DNA of 64,000 nucleotides from Felis catus (Eukaryota): assembly GCF_018350175.1 (NCBI RefSeq), contig NC_058382.1, positions 52,082,001 to 52,146,000 of the forward strand, given 5' to 3'. The translations under genes and the position numbers were made by a program. Each line of letters opens with the position of its first letter. Position 1 is the stretch's first letter. Shown here piece after piece: positions 61,682-64,000 of the stretch. The notes below the pieces were generated by a model that saw only the letters and a list, made by a program, of their open reading frames with translations, was not told the DNA's origin and ran no database searches.

Positions 61682-62127
61682 CGAGCGGTTGTGTGACCCT
61701 CTGTGGATGCTGGAGGAGGCGGGCTTGGGGGGGGGTGCGGCAGGGCAGTGGGGTTCCTGTCCCCCTGAGGAGTGAAGAGCCTCGTTCAGGCCAAGACTGC
61801 TGCGGAACTGAGCCCACGGATAGCAATTAGGTTTTCTGCTCCTGGGGCCAGTGGGACAGTTGAGGGTCCCGAAGGCCTCACTTCCCAGGCCCTGAGACCC
61901 ACCTGTGTTCCTCTGCTTCTTCTTTATCCTGCTTACGACTTTAGGGATTTGGCCCTTCTTGCTTTTGGAGCCCTCTGCTCTTTTCCCCTCAAGACTCACC
62001 ACAGAATGGGTCAAGACATTTACTTGTGCACGTTCTCTAAGTCCATGTCGACAAGGCTGCTCTCTGGTTCTAAGCCATGGGGAGAAAGGAGGAAGGGAAG
62101 CCTACTGTGGGCAGGGCCCAAGTTCTA

Positions 62128-62537
62128 GTGAAGGGGGATGAATAGTGAGCCTGGAACCTCAGAATGTGGCCTTATTGGCAAACAGGGTCTTTGCAGATGT
62201 AATTAGTTAGGGATCTCAGGACGAAATCCTGGATGTAAGGACTGTTGTCCTTGTAAGAAAAGGGGACACAGGCATAGAGGAGAGCCCATGTGACGATGGA
62301 GGCAGAGGCCAGAGGGATGTGTCTACAAGTCATGGGACACCGAGGATCGCCAGCAACCACCCTTGAGTGGGAGAGAGGCGTGGTGGTTTCCCCCCCCGGA
62401 GCCTCCAGGAGGAACCAGCCCTGACAACATGGTGATTTCGGACTGCTGGCCTCCTGAACTGGGAGCGAGTAGATTTGTGTAGTTTTAAGCCACCCCGTTT
62501 GTCACGATCTGTTATAGCAGCCCCAGGGAACTAAGAT
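62128..62537 (+). mobile_element. MLT1C-type solo LTR
   Basis: cctcagaatgtggccttatt...gggtctttgcagatgtaattagttagg...gaaccagccctgacaac...ttttaagccacc...gttatagcagccccagggaactaa. Confidence 0.88.
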
Positions 62538-62659
62538 CCCTCAGTTTCCCCGAGGAAGTTCACGAGGTCTTGGTTCTGGATCTGCAGCCTCCAGAAGTCT
62601 GAGCAGCTGCTTGGCCTCCCTGCCGTCATCCCAGAGCAGAGATCTCATGACGTTCCCTT

Positions 62660-62790
62660 GTTTATTCATGAGTAAATATTTACTGAGCCCCTACGAGGGC
62701 CAGGCTGGCCTGGGCATTGTGGGGACAGGATCTATAAGACGGTGCCCTCAAGAAGCTCCTGATTCCATTAGGAGGACAGTAGAGTTCTAA
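62660..62790 (-). mobile_element. L2 3' end
   Basis: ttattcatgagtaaatatttactgagcccctac...tgccctcaagaagctc. Confidence 0.7.
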
Positions 62791-63391
62791 TGAGCCCATG
62801 TGGCCACTCTCCAGCAGTGGCAGAAATAGCCGTGAGTCAGGGAGACATGCTCAGAATGGATTAGGGTCAGGCCATGCACCCCTTAGTCTCAAGCTGGAAA
62901 CTTGGGATTTAGGGATCCGTTGGCCCAAGTGACACCCGTCTTGATGGGTGTGTTCTTGATCAGGTTAGATGCCCCTGTGTACTGCCACCGCCGTACAGGC
63001 TTCCATTCCCCCAACACCAGCCTTTCGGGGGGCCAGCAGTGTCTCCGGTGCACTGGTGAAGGCACTGTGACCTACAGACATTACAGTGAGGAGAACAGTG
63101 CTGTCTACCTGCCTGTTTGAGGAAGACTAGGTGAGCTTTACGAGCTAAGCGCTCGGCCCTGTTTCCGGCACCTAGGGGGTGTTCAGTGAATGTCAGTTGG
63201 TGATACTGTGTGGCTGTTTTTTTTTTTTTTTCTTTTCCCTTCTCTGCCGTCTCTTCTTCTTACCTGGTATCCTCCTCCATTATCACCAGGGCCCATGTGC
63301 CTCTTGGTTGCTCCAGTCATGATCATTGTCACTATTCTTGTTGCCCTTACTGTTAATGATTATTACAACATGGTTGCTCAGATTCACCCAC

Positions 63392-63589
63392 TTTTTTTTT
63401 TTAAGTTTATTTATTTTGAAAGAGAGGGGGTTGAGGGGTAGACAGAGAGAGAGGAGAGAGAGACTCTGGAGCAGACTCCTCACTGTCAGTGCAGAGCCCA
63501 TGCGGGGCCCGAACCCACGAACCGTGAGATCATGACCTGAGCCTAAATCAAGAGTCGGACACTTAACCAACTGAGCCACCCAGCGCCCC
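63392..63589 (-). mobile_element. CAN-SINE
   Basis: Reverse SINE ending gagccacccagcgcccc. Confidence 0.93.
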
Positions 63590-64000
63590 TGCTCACATCT
63601 TTGAAGGCGCGGGCTGTCATGCTTGCCTTTGGATCCGTTAAATAAGTTGCCTCAAGCCATCTTCTCCAGCAATGTCACCGAGAGCCCTCTCCCTCCCAGG
63701 GCCCTTTGGGGCAGACAAATGCCACCGATAAACCAAAAGCAAATGCTTTGGGTGAATTCGCCATAGCCACACTGGAGTTGGGGCTGAGAAATGGAGTTCC
63801 TGTCATTGTTGACTGAAAAACACAGCCCTTCTAATAGAGTTTTGGTGCGAGAGCGTTAGCCTCGCTGCCCACGGACTTGAAGGATTGTAGCACTGGCCTA
63901 ACATAATTTTGGTAACTCTGCCTGCTTCTGCCTCGGGTAGAAATAATTCAGATTTCACTCTCCATTTTCCTTAATGGGCTAAACAGCCACTTTGTAATAC

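Noticed and set aside
73..63579. Recurrent ORFs such as MAQSVK.PTSAQVMIS... and [10 protein letters not shown]...
   Set aside because: Translations of CAN-SINE copies, not a gene family.
1..64000. CRISPR array, operons, rRNA, numt, endogenous viral coding sequence, or a nameable host gene
   Set aside because: Eukaryotic repeat-rich non-coding DNA. No regularly spaced repeat-spacer array, no gag/pol/env or mitochondrial-like sequence noticed, and no exon that would let me name the gene.

Overview
Mammalian (carnivore, most likely felid) non-coding DNA. The window holds 27 tRNA-derived CAN-SINEs, including five near-identical young feline-type copies with perfect target-site duplications (TSDs). 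It also holds carnivore L1 3' fragments, old eutherian repeats (MIR, L2, MLT1 LTRs, MER20/MER33/MER58/MER96-type hATs, a Tigger2a-type element) and many microsatellites. I found no protein-coding exon I recognise; the only real protein-like ORFs are decayed L1 ORF2 C-terminal pieces at about 56.3-57.5 kb. SINEs (20 minus : 7 plus) and all four carnivore-type L1s lie mostly or wholly on the minus strand, suggesting the window sits inside an intron of a large gene transcribed on the + strand; I cannot name the gene. Between the repeats are several 0.5-1.7 kb repeat-free, AT/TAAT-rich blocks that look like conserved non-coding elements, a MER131-like ancient repeat, and a strong CTCF motif. I see no convincing new biological system. 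The best leads are the regulatory candidates, a five-component nested transposon and possibly polymorphic SINEs. Repeat family names are recognised from memory of the consensus sequences, not from a search.
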